From the NCBI GenBank assembly GCA_951406725.2, contig OX597823.1, positions 86,738,001 through 86,802,000 of the forward strand: 64,000 nucleotides of DNA, read 5' to 3'. The position numbers and the translations under genes were made by a program. This DNA is from Octopus vulgaris. Taxonomy: Eukaryota. Below, piece after piece: positions 52,200-64,000 of this stretch; within the stretch, counting starts at the first letter, position 1, and each line of letters opens with the position of its first letter. The notes under the pieces were generated by a model that saw only the letters and a list, made by a program, of their open reading frames with translations, searched no databases and had not been told where the DNA came from.

Positions 52200-52595
52200 T
52201 TCATGGTTGAGCGTGTAAAACTTAAAATAATGCGGGAATGGAGCCCCGTAGACGAATTGATGTTCGAATCGATACTATGAGCACATGTTTGCAGCTCAAA
52301 GTTTGTAAGCGTACTTCCTAGTACTCTTGTGGACAACAACAGCGAGGCTAAAATAAGGGTTTTTGTGTCTTTGAAACCTAAAAGATTTATAACCAGCTCG
52401 TGATTTCGTCCTAAAGAGAAAACCTCAGTGACTGAGCAGTGGTGGAAATTTTCCCTGTCGTTCGAGATAGCATCAATTCTATATACTATAAGGTACCGCT
52501 TCGTGGTGGAGCCTTGGGCAACTGTCTCTACTCCAGTCCTGCGAAGACCGATGATTTGAAGGTGAAATTGGAAGACTATTTCGAAGCTCGTTGCT
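52200..52595 (+). mobile_element. Possible decayed Tc1/mariner transposase 3' fragment
   Basis: FPVVRDSINSIYY..GALGNCLYSSPAKTDDLK weakly resembles WPxxSPDLNPxDYxxWxxLxxxVY..TxxDLK. Confidence 0.3.
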
Positions 52596-52661
52596 CGTGC
52601 GTGTGTGTGTGTATGTGTGTGTGTGTATACACAAACACACACACACAAGCACACATACATA

Positions 52662-52694
<33 letters not shown>

Positions 52695-52697
<3 letters not shown>

Positions 52698-53090
52698 CTT
52701 GTATCCCTGCTGTAAGGCTTCGTTTCCACACACGCCAGTTTAATTTAATTCGTCCTTAGTCGACATATTACGGGAAGACACATTATTTTATTGTATTTGT
52801 GTAACATTGTTGGGTTTTTTTCCGTCCTTGTTTTTGTATACATTCGCTGCTTTCTTCTAAGGAATCTAATGCTCTTAGCTTAGTTTTTCGTTGGGGCTGG
52901 CCAGATTGGAGCAATCTCAAGTAAAATCTGCCGAAATTGCGAAGATAATCTGGTACTTGACTGAGGAAAGAAAACTTCGAATGACCCATCTTTGTTTTCT
53001 TTGCATCGTCTATCTGGATGTTTTATTGTCCCATTTTTGTATCACCTAACTGTCCAGATGTTTTGCGTTCTTGTCCCATTTTGTATTTTA
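52695..53090. repeat. Unclassified TA-embedded repeat, homologous to 22568-23005
   Basis: Direct sequence similarity. Confidence 0.75.
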
Positions 53091-53104
53091 CATATATATG
53101 TATA

Positions 53105-53178
<74 letters not shown>

Positions 53179-53188
53179 TGTGTGTGTC

Positions 53189-53219
<31 letters not shown>

Positions 53220-53262
53220 ATATATGTATGTATGTATGCTTGTATATATGTATGTATGTGAA

Positions 53263-53560
53263 AGCGCATGGCCGCCTGGTGTTTAGTGTTTTCCCCTCAT
53301 GATCACCAGATGGTGGTCTCAATTGCTTGACCGGGTGGTACGTTGTGTTCTTGCACAAAACACTACATTTCTCGTTGCTCTGCGATCACTTCGACATCTG
53401 ACGCGTGGTACACTTGTGTTCCTGGACAGACAACGTTGATTTGATGGAGGCAGTGAACTAATGTGCAGTATGACAAATTGATCTCCATAAACAAATCAGT
53501 TGTGCAGGTCGTTCGGAAAAGCTGAAGTCCGATGCGTCGTCTTCGACGGGAGACTCCATC
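53263..53560 (+). mobile_element. tRNA-derived SINE, S2-related, distinct tail
   Basis: gcgcatggccgcctggt head; ttgtgttcttgcacaaaacact core; (CAT)n tail. Confidence 0.55.
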
Positions 53561-53709
53561 ATCATCATATATATGTATTTATGTATGTATGCATGCATGT
53601 AGGTAGATAGGTAGGTAGGTAGGCAGTAGATATGTAAGTAGGTAAGCAGGTACACAGGTAGGTTATTAGATAGGTATGTATGCATGTTTGTGTGTGTATA
53701 TGCTAGGTA

Positions 53710-54120
53710 GTGGGTAACGATTTTCTTTACTACTTCAGGGAGTGACGAATCTGCCTGACACGTGTCCCGGCTGGCTCCGGCTGACAGTACTCAGTATGGG
53801 CCCCTATCCAGGGTTACAGAAAGGAGACAACCTTGAAAGAAATCCGGAGTGGGGCCCGGTAGGCAGTTTAGTGTTCGACTCGACCCTCTTCCGACAGCTG
53901 CTGCAACCAAGCTAGTGCCAAACGTAATGCTCTGCACTCTTTTGGATTACGTCAAGGTCGAGGCAGGAATCCTGGGGCAACCCGGAATTTTCTTACATCT
54001 ATCTCAATGCCTGCGCAAAACTGGAGAGGAAACTGGAGAGGACGTGAAGTGTAAAAACCAGACTAGATTAGTTTATACACAACTTCACTGACTACCCAGA
54101 CAAAAGGATGCCAACACACA
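53710..54120 (+). mobile_element. Possible RTE-clade LINE 5'UTR fragment
   Basis: GC-richer block aaatccggag..aggcagt..gctagtgccaaac..ttttggatt resembling RTE 5'UTRs (from memory). Confidence 0.35.
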
Positions 54121-54906
54121 CCAACACAACCTATGTATGTATGTTTGTATGTAGGCAGGTAGGTAGGTAAGCATGTACGTAGGTAGGTTGTTAGGTATAT
54201 ATGTATGTGTTTTGGTAGGTAGGTAGGTAAGTAAGCGCGTGTGTCATTATTTTTGTATTTCTTCACCCTTCGCTTGAAAACGGGCTTTAATTTGTTAACG
54301 TCCTCAAAAACTCAGCAGTTCGACAAAAGGAAGCGATAGAATATATAGCAGTCTTTAAACATGTAAATAATTTGATTCATTTTACAAGTAATTGTAAAAA
54401 AAAAAGAGAAATTCCAGTATAGATGTAATTCCGTGACGGAAGCCAGTAGAAGAATGTGTATATATGCGCTTGTGTATAAGCGTGTATATAAATTTAATAT
54501 ATCTGATAAATATACCGTTTTTAATATATATGCGTCTAATCTATAAGTATATATATACATACTCACATATACACACAGACACACAAATGTATATATATAT
54601 ATATATATATATACATATATAAATCCGATAGATAGTGATTTATGGAGGAACATACAATGCTAAATTTTGTACAGTGTAATTATTGTCGATTTTTGTAGCG
54701 ACTCTGCATGAATGAAAAGCAATGTTGAAAATAGCAGGTCTGGAATTTAGCTGCGAGAGTAACGACATTACATATTGTAAAGGATTTAGCCCGAAGTGCT
54801 ACCGTTTGTGTTCACTTACTTCACTGAAAATATTTTCCAGAATATAACTAGGAAAATAGGAACAGTAATTGTAGTTCTCGGCCAGAATTCTTTAAAATAC
54901 ATACGT

Positions 54907-54937
<31 letters not shown>

Positions 54938-54986
54938 GTTTGTGTGTGTTTACATATATATATATATATATATTTATGAATATATG

Positions 54987-55038
<52 letters not shown>

Positions 55039-56299
55039 TATATATGTATATACATACATATATAATAGAGAAGATTTGCCACTGAATGCAGTTCTTTCAA
55101 TTGAACTGGTAAAATTCTGCGAAGATTTCATAAACACTGTGATTACGAATATTACCGAATATTTACATAACAAAATGAAACACAGAACAAGTCTTTTCTG
55201 CCTCTAGCATGTTGTTTAATATTGATTACATACAATCCATGAGATTATGAATATTTTTCTCTCTAGCTTGAATCTGTTTTGCGCTTCGGAAAAGCATAAG
55301 AATTAAAGAAAAAAAATAAAGAATGAAGCGATAATAATATTTACAACTACAACATATCCAGTACAAAAGACATAGAATGAAAACATAAGGATTCATTGTA
55401 CCTTTGGGAAGTGAAATAGTAAATAAATTAAGAATATTAAGACTGTCATTAGCTACTACAGTTGGAGAAGTAGATTTAAAAATGAATAATGTGTGAGGAA
55501 CGTTGAAAATGATTGCGCTGTGGACGCAGGTAGAAATTTGTGAAAAAATGGAATGGAATGTGTAATTGAGATTAGATTGAAATTAATAATACCCCATAGA
55601 GAATAGCTTGAGAAGATGTAAAATGCAATATAAATTTTACATTTGTATATAAAAATTCTTACAATTCGAAAAGTTTTAACTCCGAAAATTAATAGGGATT
55701 TTTCTAGAAAGACATACGGCGAAACATGTTTTGAAAGGGATAATATTCGATTATATCGATCTTTTTTTTAAACAGGCAGTCGTTTTGAGCTCCTGTCAAA
55801 TGTTTAGTGTTTATTATTACGGATCTATACATTGTGATTTCAAATTCCGTCGACGTAAGTATTGCCTTCTTTCCTTCCGGAATGAAGCCATTGTAACACT
55901 TCTGTGACAATATAAATATGATACCTCTCTGAGGCCAAATGAAACACACTTAGAGAGGAAGAACGTGTAGAATTAAAGCCATTTATTACCTCGCATTGTC
56001 ACAAAATATACTTGTTTCTAATTGTGGCACAAGACCAAAAACTTTTAAGGGAGAGGAAGTCGATTACTTAGTTTCCAGCGCTCAAGGGGTGCTCTGTTTT
56101 ACCAGGTGAAACCAGTGCATCGATGCTTCGATGAAACACAGTCTCGGTAACGATTTTGGGTTCGATTCCTGGACTGAGTGACTCGTTGTGTTCTTGAGCC
56201 AAACACTATTTCACAATGCTCCAGTCGACTCAGCTGACAAAAATCTGTAATTCTACGACGGATTGGCATCCAGTCCATGGGCTGCAATATAAATTAATT

Positions 56300-57720
56300 T
56301 TCACATTTGCAAGCAATGCCTTTCAGCATTGCATAGACGTGTTCTTTTGAATAGGGATTGTGTATAGGGAACGCGTTCAGTAAATGCTTTCGATTCTCTG
56401 TCGAAGTCATCGTTAGTAATGTGTTGAGTATCGCTTTTCACGGAAGTTTATGGATGTCCTCTCCTCGTGTTCGTGTAACTTTGATTTGTGTATCATAATT
56501 AATCAATCCATTGTCCTTATATTTGGCAATGATTTAATTGAAAAGTTTATTTGTCTTCCACTGTAGATTCTCAAACTTTTACTGATTTAATTGTTTCTTT
56601 TGCGTTTGTTCTTGCTTTGGATGTTACGCTTCTGGTTGGGTTTTTCTTTATTGCTTCCTTATTTTAGTTAAGTGCTTGTCGTTGTTGTTTTTTTATCGCA
56701 TGCTTTTTGCTGTGATTCTTGCTACTAGTGATGTTGCTGTTATTGTTGTTATATTGCGGGTTTGACTGTACCTCTTTGTTTCTATTTTCTGGCTCCGTTT
56801 GTTCTGGTTCTGGACAGTTTTTCCTCTAAATTTTGTTGTGGTGGCTGCAGGCTTAGTTATTGATGTTGATTATTAGCTAACATGCTTTGATGTGTTGAGT
56901 GGCATTTGTTTAGTTTCTTACTCTTCAAAATGCCATGCTACTTTCTTGCATTTATCGCTTGGCAGTAAGTAGGAGGAGATGAAATTAGGAAGAGAAATGT
57001 TGCAAAGAACTAGCTTCCTGTGCGTCTGTATCTATTTCGTTTTTTTCTTTTTGCTCTGTTCGTTCTCTCAACACATTTTTGTTGGTTCTTGGTGTACGCG
57101 ATCCTGTTGTCTGTTCCAGCTATTGGTACTAGGGTATTGACAGCAGTGTGTTCAGCCCTTTTCGTTTCTACCGTGAGCTAAACAAAGCCCTTAGATGGTT
57201 GGTGTAACCACATGAGTGGCACCAATACAATGTTCCTTCCATTACATCAGCTGATGTTGGGCAACTAAGGGAAGTCCTCATTATATTCCAGGAATTCTGA
57301 TTCAGTTTAGATTAAAAGTCCATTACTCTCATTGACCAGTTTTCCTAACAAAGTTTTCTCGGGTCTTCTTTCAGCACATAAAAGGCAGCGCGAGGGGAAC
57401 TTAGACGCTAACCGTTTCTACTGTGGTGACATACATTAATATCGTCTCGGCAGCACTGCTTACCAGCCCACTGTTTCAAGCATCGGTAACGATGGAGGGT
57501 GTTCCTGCTCGCCAAGTTTTTGTTGTAATTATTGCTGTTGACACAATCCCGTACCCACGATGATACGTATAGCAACGGCAGTGATGAACACAGCTGGGTT
57601 TCATATAGAGTGATAGGGAAGATGTTTTTCAGGGAAAAGGATGAAGAGAATTTCATTTTGAACCTTTGTCTCGGTGCAACTATCATTTCCTGTTATTTAC
57701 TCTTGGTGTGGCATCAATAG
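56300..57720 (-). mobile_element. Possible decayed LINE ORF1 region
   Basis: Minus-strand CHSCGYTNHLRA resembles a CCHC knuckle; strongly A-rich minus strand; no intact ORF. Confidence 0.3.
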
Positions 57721-58499
57721 TCACAAAAGCAGCAACAGCACAACAGCAACGACAACAATAGTAACAATAACACTGATGATGGTAACAATCCTTTCATGCA
57801 GAAGTACAAGGCTTGAAACCTGAGGGAGGGCGAAAGGATTCGATTCCCGGAGCTGGGAGCGCGCTCGGTTCTTGAGCAAAACATTTCATTTCAAATTGAT
57901 GTAGTCCAATTAGCTGTAAAAGGTTTTACCCTACGACAAACTGGCTGTCTGCTCCCCCAGCCAGCCTGATGGCATCATACGAAAGCTAAAACGAGGCAAA
58001 GCGCATTGTGACCAGTGATGTATAACAGCACCCGTTAATGCGGTAGAGCATATATACTCATATAGATACATATAGATACATATATGTGCTTTGTGAGTCG
58101 ACTTGGTAGAGGGAAACATCAACCCCAGTGCTCAACTGGTTTTTATATCATCGACCACAAAGTATTAAAGTCAAAGTCGACCTCGAAGGAGCTTACGCAA
58201 GCCGAAAGAAATGCTGCTAAGAATTTTGTCCAGTTATCTGCAAGAGCATATCCTTTGTGGCATTTCTGATCATAAGCAGCAGTATGTGGGGGAGCATCAT
58301 AGCCATGTGTTAAGAAATTCTGTGGGGTTTGAATAATTCATAATGTCTCGTTGATCATCTTTAAACAACTTTTATTCAAAGATGTTTTCAGTGGGATGGC
58401 CTACTCGAACTGAAAAGAAATTCTCATAGCCCCCCCCCCATACACACACACAGTAATGTATAACGACACTCATTAGTCCGGTAGAGCATATATACTCTT

Positions 58500-58802
58500 A
58501 TATAGATACATATATGTGCCTTGTGAGTCGACTTGGTAGAGGGAAACAGAAGGAAGACTGTCCTATATGTGTGTATATATCTATGTTCGCGTGTGTTTGT
58601 GTCTGTGTTTTGCTCCTCTACCACCACTTGACAACCGGTGTTGGTGTGTTTACGACCCTGTAACTTAACCGTTCATCAAAAGAAACCGATGGGCTAAGTA
58701 TCAGGCTTTGAAAATTGTAAGTCCTGGGGTGATTTATTCGACGAAAACCTGTCAAGGTGGTGCTGCAACACGGCCGCTCTCAAGTGACTAAAACAAGTAA
58801 AA
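58500..58802 (+). mobile_element. SINE family S3, 3' part
   Basis: ccttgtgagtcgacttggtag...ttgacaaccggtgttggtgtgtttac...aaacaagtaaaa. Confidence 0.7.
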
Positions 58803-58815
58803 TGTGTGTGTGTGT

Positions 58816-58869
<54 letters not shown>

Positions 58870-58903
58870 GTCTGTCTATATGTAAGTATATATTTATGTT
58901 TGT

Positions 58904-58974
<71 letters not shown>

Positions 58975-58975
<1 letters not shown>

Positions 58976-60706
58976 GTTTCTTTATTGGCCACACAGGGCT
59001 GCACACAGATGGGACAAGTTACAAGGTAGAGCTTTTCTTTTGGGGGATGAAAAAAAGAGGTGGCGTAGGTTTTCGATCAAGAGGGATCGTAAAACGGAAG
59101 AAAAAAACGAAAAAAAATTTTTTTAAATAAAATAAAAAAATAGAATAAAAAATAAAAAGAATAAAAGAAAAAAAAAGAAAGGGAAAGGAACAAAAGAAAA
59201 GAGAAATGAAAAAAGAAGAAAAAGGGGAAAAAAGGGGAAGAGAAAAAAAAAGGAACGATCAATAGGGATCGTGTATCACAGTGTTATGATATATAGTGTA
59301 AAGGGGAAAGCAAGTAAGGTTTATCCGTGGGAAGAAAAGCCTACGAAAAAGACCACGGTAACCTTGGTCAATATTGTTATATGTTACCACATTTGTTTGC
59401 AAGTGGGTAACCCTCTGTTTTCAATTTCTGGGTTCATAGGATTATGCTCAAGGTGGCTTCGTCATTCATACGTGCCATCCTTGCTACATTCACCCATCTT
59501 TTTTTAAAACATTCGCTAGACAAAACTTGCCTCTCTACTCTCACTTTCCTTTTCAAGTGGTACTTGAAGAAGTTGATGAGAGATTGACCAGAGAGGAAAG
59601 TGTTTGTCTCCAATCTTTTCAGACGCGTCCACCAGATACATTCTTTCGCCATAGCCACAAAGATGATGAAAATAGCTCTTCCTTCCCGTTTGAAGGAAGG
59701 AGGCGTGACAATATTGACGATAGACTCAGCTGATAAACCGACTCGTCCCACACGTGACAGCAGTTATTTGACACAAGCCCACAGGTCGGAAATTGTTGGA
59801 CACTGCACGAGTGCGTGCAGAACGGTTTCGTCGCTCTGACCGCATCTCGGGCAGGTCGGCCCCGTGTTTCTCGAGCCGTGTCTGTAGAGCTTATCCCGAA
59901 CGGGTAGCGCTTCTCGGTAACACTGCCAGGCCAGGGATCTCTGGAAGTTGTCCATGGGCCCTGGCCCGAAAGTCGTCCTGAACAGGCGGGTCAGGTACTC
60001 CTCGTCGACGTCCAGGTTCGCCCCGAGCTCGTCGTCGTACCTCCCCTCCACTAATCCCCTATAGAATGCTTTGGTTGTGTTGAAGTCACTCAAGGTCGAC
60101 CCAGAACGGCAGAGTTGCTTGAGAGCAACGCGACACTCGCGGTGCCAATCGCCCTTCCTCGGCCTCTTTTTGATCCACGACTGCAGTTCGGTCATGGAGA
60201 CGAGCTGCGAGAAAGCGTGCCTCACAAACGGCGACCACACCTGTTCACCGTCGTCTACATAGAGCCAGAGATGTCGCAGTCTCAGCGCGTGTCTGCGCAT
60301 CATCAACCACGGCATGCCCAGCCCTCCTTTTAACGGGTGTTGACAGCAAATGGATCGCCTGACCATCGGGACGCATCATTTCCACAAGAAGCGAAAGAGA
60401 ATGCGTTGTAGTTTGGTGATGGTAGGGTCGGGACAAGGTACGACGGTCAGGCGGTAGTAGATGACGGACGCGATGTACGTGTTCGCCACCTCCGCCCGAC
60501 CTTATAGGGACAGTTTCCTCTCGGCCCATTGCCGGGCGAGAGTGACCACCCTACTCGTTATCTCGTTCCAGTTCTTCTCCACTTGGCGGTCCGGACCAAA
60601 CCAGACCCCGAGCAATTCAACCGGGCCGTCGGTCCAGCGTCCCACGACGGAGGCGCTGGTGGACGGCATGGGCTTGCTTCTCCAGGTGCCTAGTCGCAAG
60701 CCCACT
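58975..60706 (-). mobile_element. Tx1/L1-clade LINE, 5'-truncated copy 2
   Basis: LLGVWFG..NW..W.ERKLSL, KGGLGMP, zf-RVT CPRC..ETVLHALVQC; frameshifts/stops; (GATA)n on both sides. Confidence 0.88.
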
Positions 60707-60756
<50 letters not shown>

Positions 60757-60787
60757 CCGACGTATATCAATGTATACATTCATTTAT

Positions 60788-61143
60788 AAGGCAGTGAGCT
60801 GGCAGAAACGTTAGCACGCCGGGCGAAATGCATAGCGGCATTTCGTCTGTCTTTACGTTCTGTGTTCAAATTCCGCCGAAGTCTGATAAATTAAGTACCA
60901 GTTGCATACTGGGGTCAATCTAATCGACTAACCCCCCACCCCCAAAATTTCGGGCCTTGTAACTTGAGTAGAAAAGAATCGTTGACATGCTGGGTAAAAA
61001 GCTTAGCGGTATTTCTTCCGTCTTTAAGTTCTGAGTTCAAATTCCACCAAAGTTGACCTTGTACCAGTTGAGCCTTGAGCGTCGACGTATTCGGTTTATA
61101 TCTTCCCTCGAACATACTGGCCTTGTACCAAATAGGAAACCCG
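60788..61143 (+). mobile_element. S1 SINE dimer
   Basis: Complete head; junction gtagaaaagaat|cgttgacatg at ~60979. Confidence 0.8.
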
Positions 61144-61435
61144 TATATGCATGCATGCTTGCATACTCTCGTCAGTATGGTGGTAATAGAAATTTCAACC
61201 AAGAAAAAGGAAAACGTAGAAAGTGAAATAGTAATTACTGCATGCTTTCGAAATAAAGCAACACAAACAATACAAACGAAATAAATAAAAGAAATACAAA
61301 CGATGTTTTATTACTAGTATTACTAGGCGCTGGAGTGGCTGTCTGGTAAGTAGCTTGCTTATAGACCACATGGTTCCAAGTTCAGTCCCACTGCGTGGCA
61401 CATTGGACAAGTGTCTTTTGCTATAGCGTTTCTAA

Positions 61436-61677
61436 CGTTTCTTATTACTTTATTGCACACAAGGGGCTAAAAATAGAGGGGATAAACAAGGAGAGACTAC
61501 GGGATTAAGTCGATTACATCGACCTCCAGTGTGTAACTAGTACTTAATTTATCGACCCCGAAAGAATGAAAGGTAAAGTCAACCTCGGCGGAATTTGAAC
61601 TAAAAACCTAAAGACAGACGAAATGCCGCTAAGCATTTCACTCGGCGTGCTAGCGTTTCTGCCAGTTCGACGCCTTA
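61436..61677 (-). mobile_element. S1 SINE with tail B
   Basis: ctttattgcacacaaggggctaa...ttctgccagttcgacgcctt. Confidence 0.8.
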
Positions 61678-61794
61678 TAAATGAAGGTGTACATTGGTAT
61701 ACGTCTATTTATACATACGTAATATAGATAGATAGTGTATTTTGTAGACGGAAACTGAAAGAATCCCGTCGTATATATATATATATATATATAG

Positions 61795-61985
61795 TTGGAA
61801 TTGACAGAAAAACTAGACGAAAGCGGGTGTATTAACAACAATTAGGTGTATTAGTTTAACGCTTGGGAAGGTGAGAAATTCTTTTACAATTCGAGCCTAC
61901 GCTCTTCAACAGAAAGGAACACGAGAAAATAAACAAAGAGAGAATGAAAAAAGGCTTTAGTGTTTAGCAGTGAAACAGAGTAAGA
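61795..61985 (-). mobile_element. Short repeat with decayed minimal hammerhead-like motif (61881-61916)
   Basis: Minus: CUUU-CUGUUGA-A-GAGC-GUAG-GCUC-GAAU-UG-UA-AAAG. Confidence 0.55.
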
Positions 61986-62159
61986 AAAATCAATAGGAAA
62001 AAGCAGAAAGTTCAAAAATTTTCAAACATATATGTGTGTGTGCGTGTATGTGTGTGTGCGTGTATGTGTGTGTGCGTGTATGTGTGTGTGCGTGTATGTG
62101 TGTGTGCGTGTATGTGTGTGTGCGTGTATGTGTGTGTGCGTGTATGTGTGTGTGCGTGT

Positions 62160-62372
62160 ATGTGTGTGTGTGTCCCCCCCCTATCGTTTGACAAACTATG
62201 CTGGCGTGTTTGCGTCCCCGTAACATAGTGGTTCGGCTAAAGAGGCCGATAGAATAAGTATGGGGCTTACAGAGAATGAGACCAGTCTTGGGGTGGATGT
62301 GTTCGACCAATGGCGGTGCTCCAGCATGGCCACAGTAAAATGACTGAAACAAATAAAAGAGCAAAAGAGTAA
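62160..62372 (+). mobile_element. SINE family S3, 3' half
   Basis: Tail consensus following a (TG)-based minisatellite. Confidence 0.75.
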
Positions 62373-62779
62373 AGAGTAAGTATTATTATTATTATTATTA
62401 TTATTAATATATAAATCGATAAATCGATAAATAAATAAATGAATATAGTGGTAAAAACTAAAATCTGAATAATTGACATCGTCTTCCCGAGTCACGGCAA
62501 TGAGATCTAATGGGTCAGTTCATTTCTACAAAGTGATACAGTGATACGATATTTCTTCAACAATTCAAAGTTATTTTTCTGAAATACAATGACAATAATA
62601 GCTTTAAGAAGGGGGCGCGGGGTTTTGGAGGTGAGGAGGATTTATAGTGAAGTTTTAGAGGGAGGCAGAGATGGGAGGGAAGGAAGAAGAATGAAGGGGA
62701 GGGAAAATGTTGAGGAATTTTAGAGAGGGGGAAAGAGAGAATATGTGTGTGTATGTGAGAGAGAGAGAGAGAGAGTGAG

Positions 62780-63400
<621 letters not shown>

Positions 63401-64000
63401 ATCAGTTCTTGTATTCATTTATATTGTTTGTTTATATTTGGTGCTTTTGCATTCTTCTTTCTTCGGTGCGGAAGCCTTCAAATATGTTTGAATTAGTTCA
63501 CGCTATAGAAATAGTGTTTTGTTATTAAACGGACAAGTGTGTTTTCATAATAGTTAAGGCTTCTTTATTTCTCCACGTGTTTTTTTTTTTATATTATATA
63601 CATTATTACTATTATTATTTTTTTTTTAATGGTAGTAGAGGGCCATATTTTTGTTTGTGTTGTTTGTTTACGCTTTCGGAAGCAGAAAGAAACGGTGCTG
63701 TGAGCGCACAATTCCAATACAAAATGGTGAATGGATGTCTATTGTAGTGGACTCCATAACCTGGGCTTCTGAAGTCAGATCACGTTGTAATGGCTTCCTG
63801 CCCGAACGAGCAAACAAACAGGCGGAATTGAAAGAGTTGCACATGCTTTACAAAAATTTATCACCGACCACAAAAATGTAAACTTAAAGAACATTCATAG
63901 GTGTTTATAGATCCATATAACAATGTTAGCATGTGTGTGTAAACATGCGAGCCCGTTAGTGTGTGTGAGTATGTGTGTGTGTGTGTGTGCGCGCGCGTGT

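Overview
AT-rich, microsatellite-saturated eukaryotic DNA. The repeat landscape (OK/OR-like tRNA-SINEs, microsatellite-carrying SINEs) suggests an octopus/coleoid genome; this is an inference. No intact host gene is recognisable, and most ORF-track entries are translations of simple repeats. Real coding remnants are all from mobile elements: two 5'-truncated Tx1/L1-like LINE copies sitting inside (GATA)n, several R4/Dong-like RLE LINE remnants, two Penelope-like element (PLE) fragments, an RTE-like 3' end and MITEs. The main unexplained signal is a cluster of type I hammerhead ribozyme (HHR) motifs, all read by eye and none tested computationally. They include a near-identical 492-bp tandem array (2.9 units plus an inverted copy) with one complete HHR per unit, and a 397-bp HHR monomer with ~60-bp terminal redundancy. 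There is also a tRNA-headed element carrying an HHR, a three-copy family with a non-canonical CUGUNGA core, and several decayed HHRs. Together these look like multiple retrozyme / circular-RNA-type families, probably mobilised by PLEs. Boundaries of diverged repeats are approximate.
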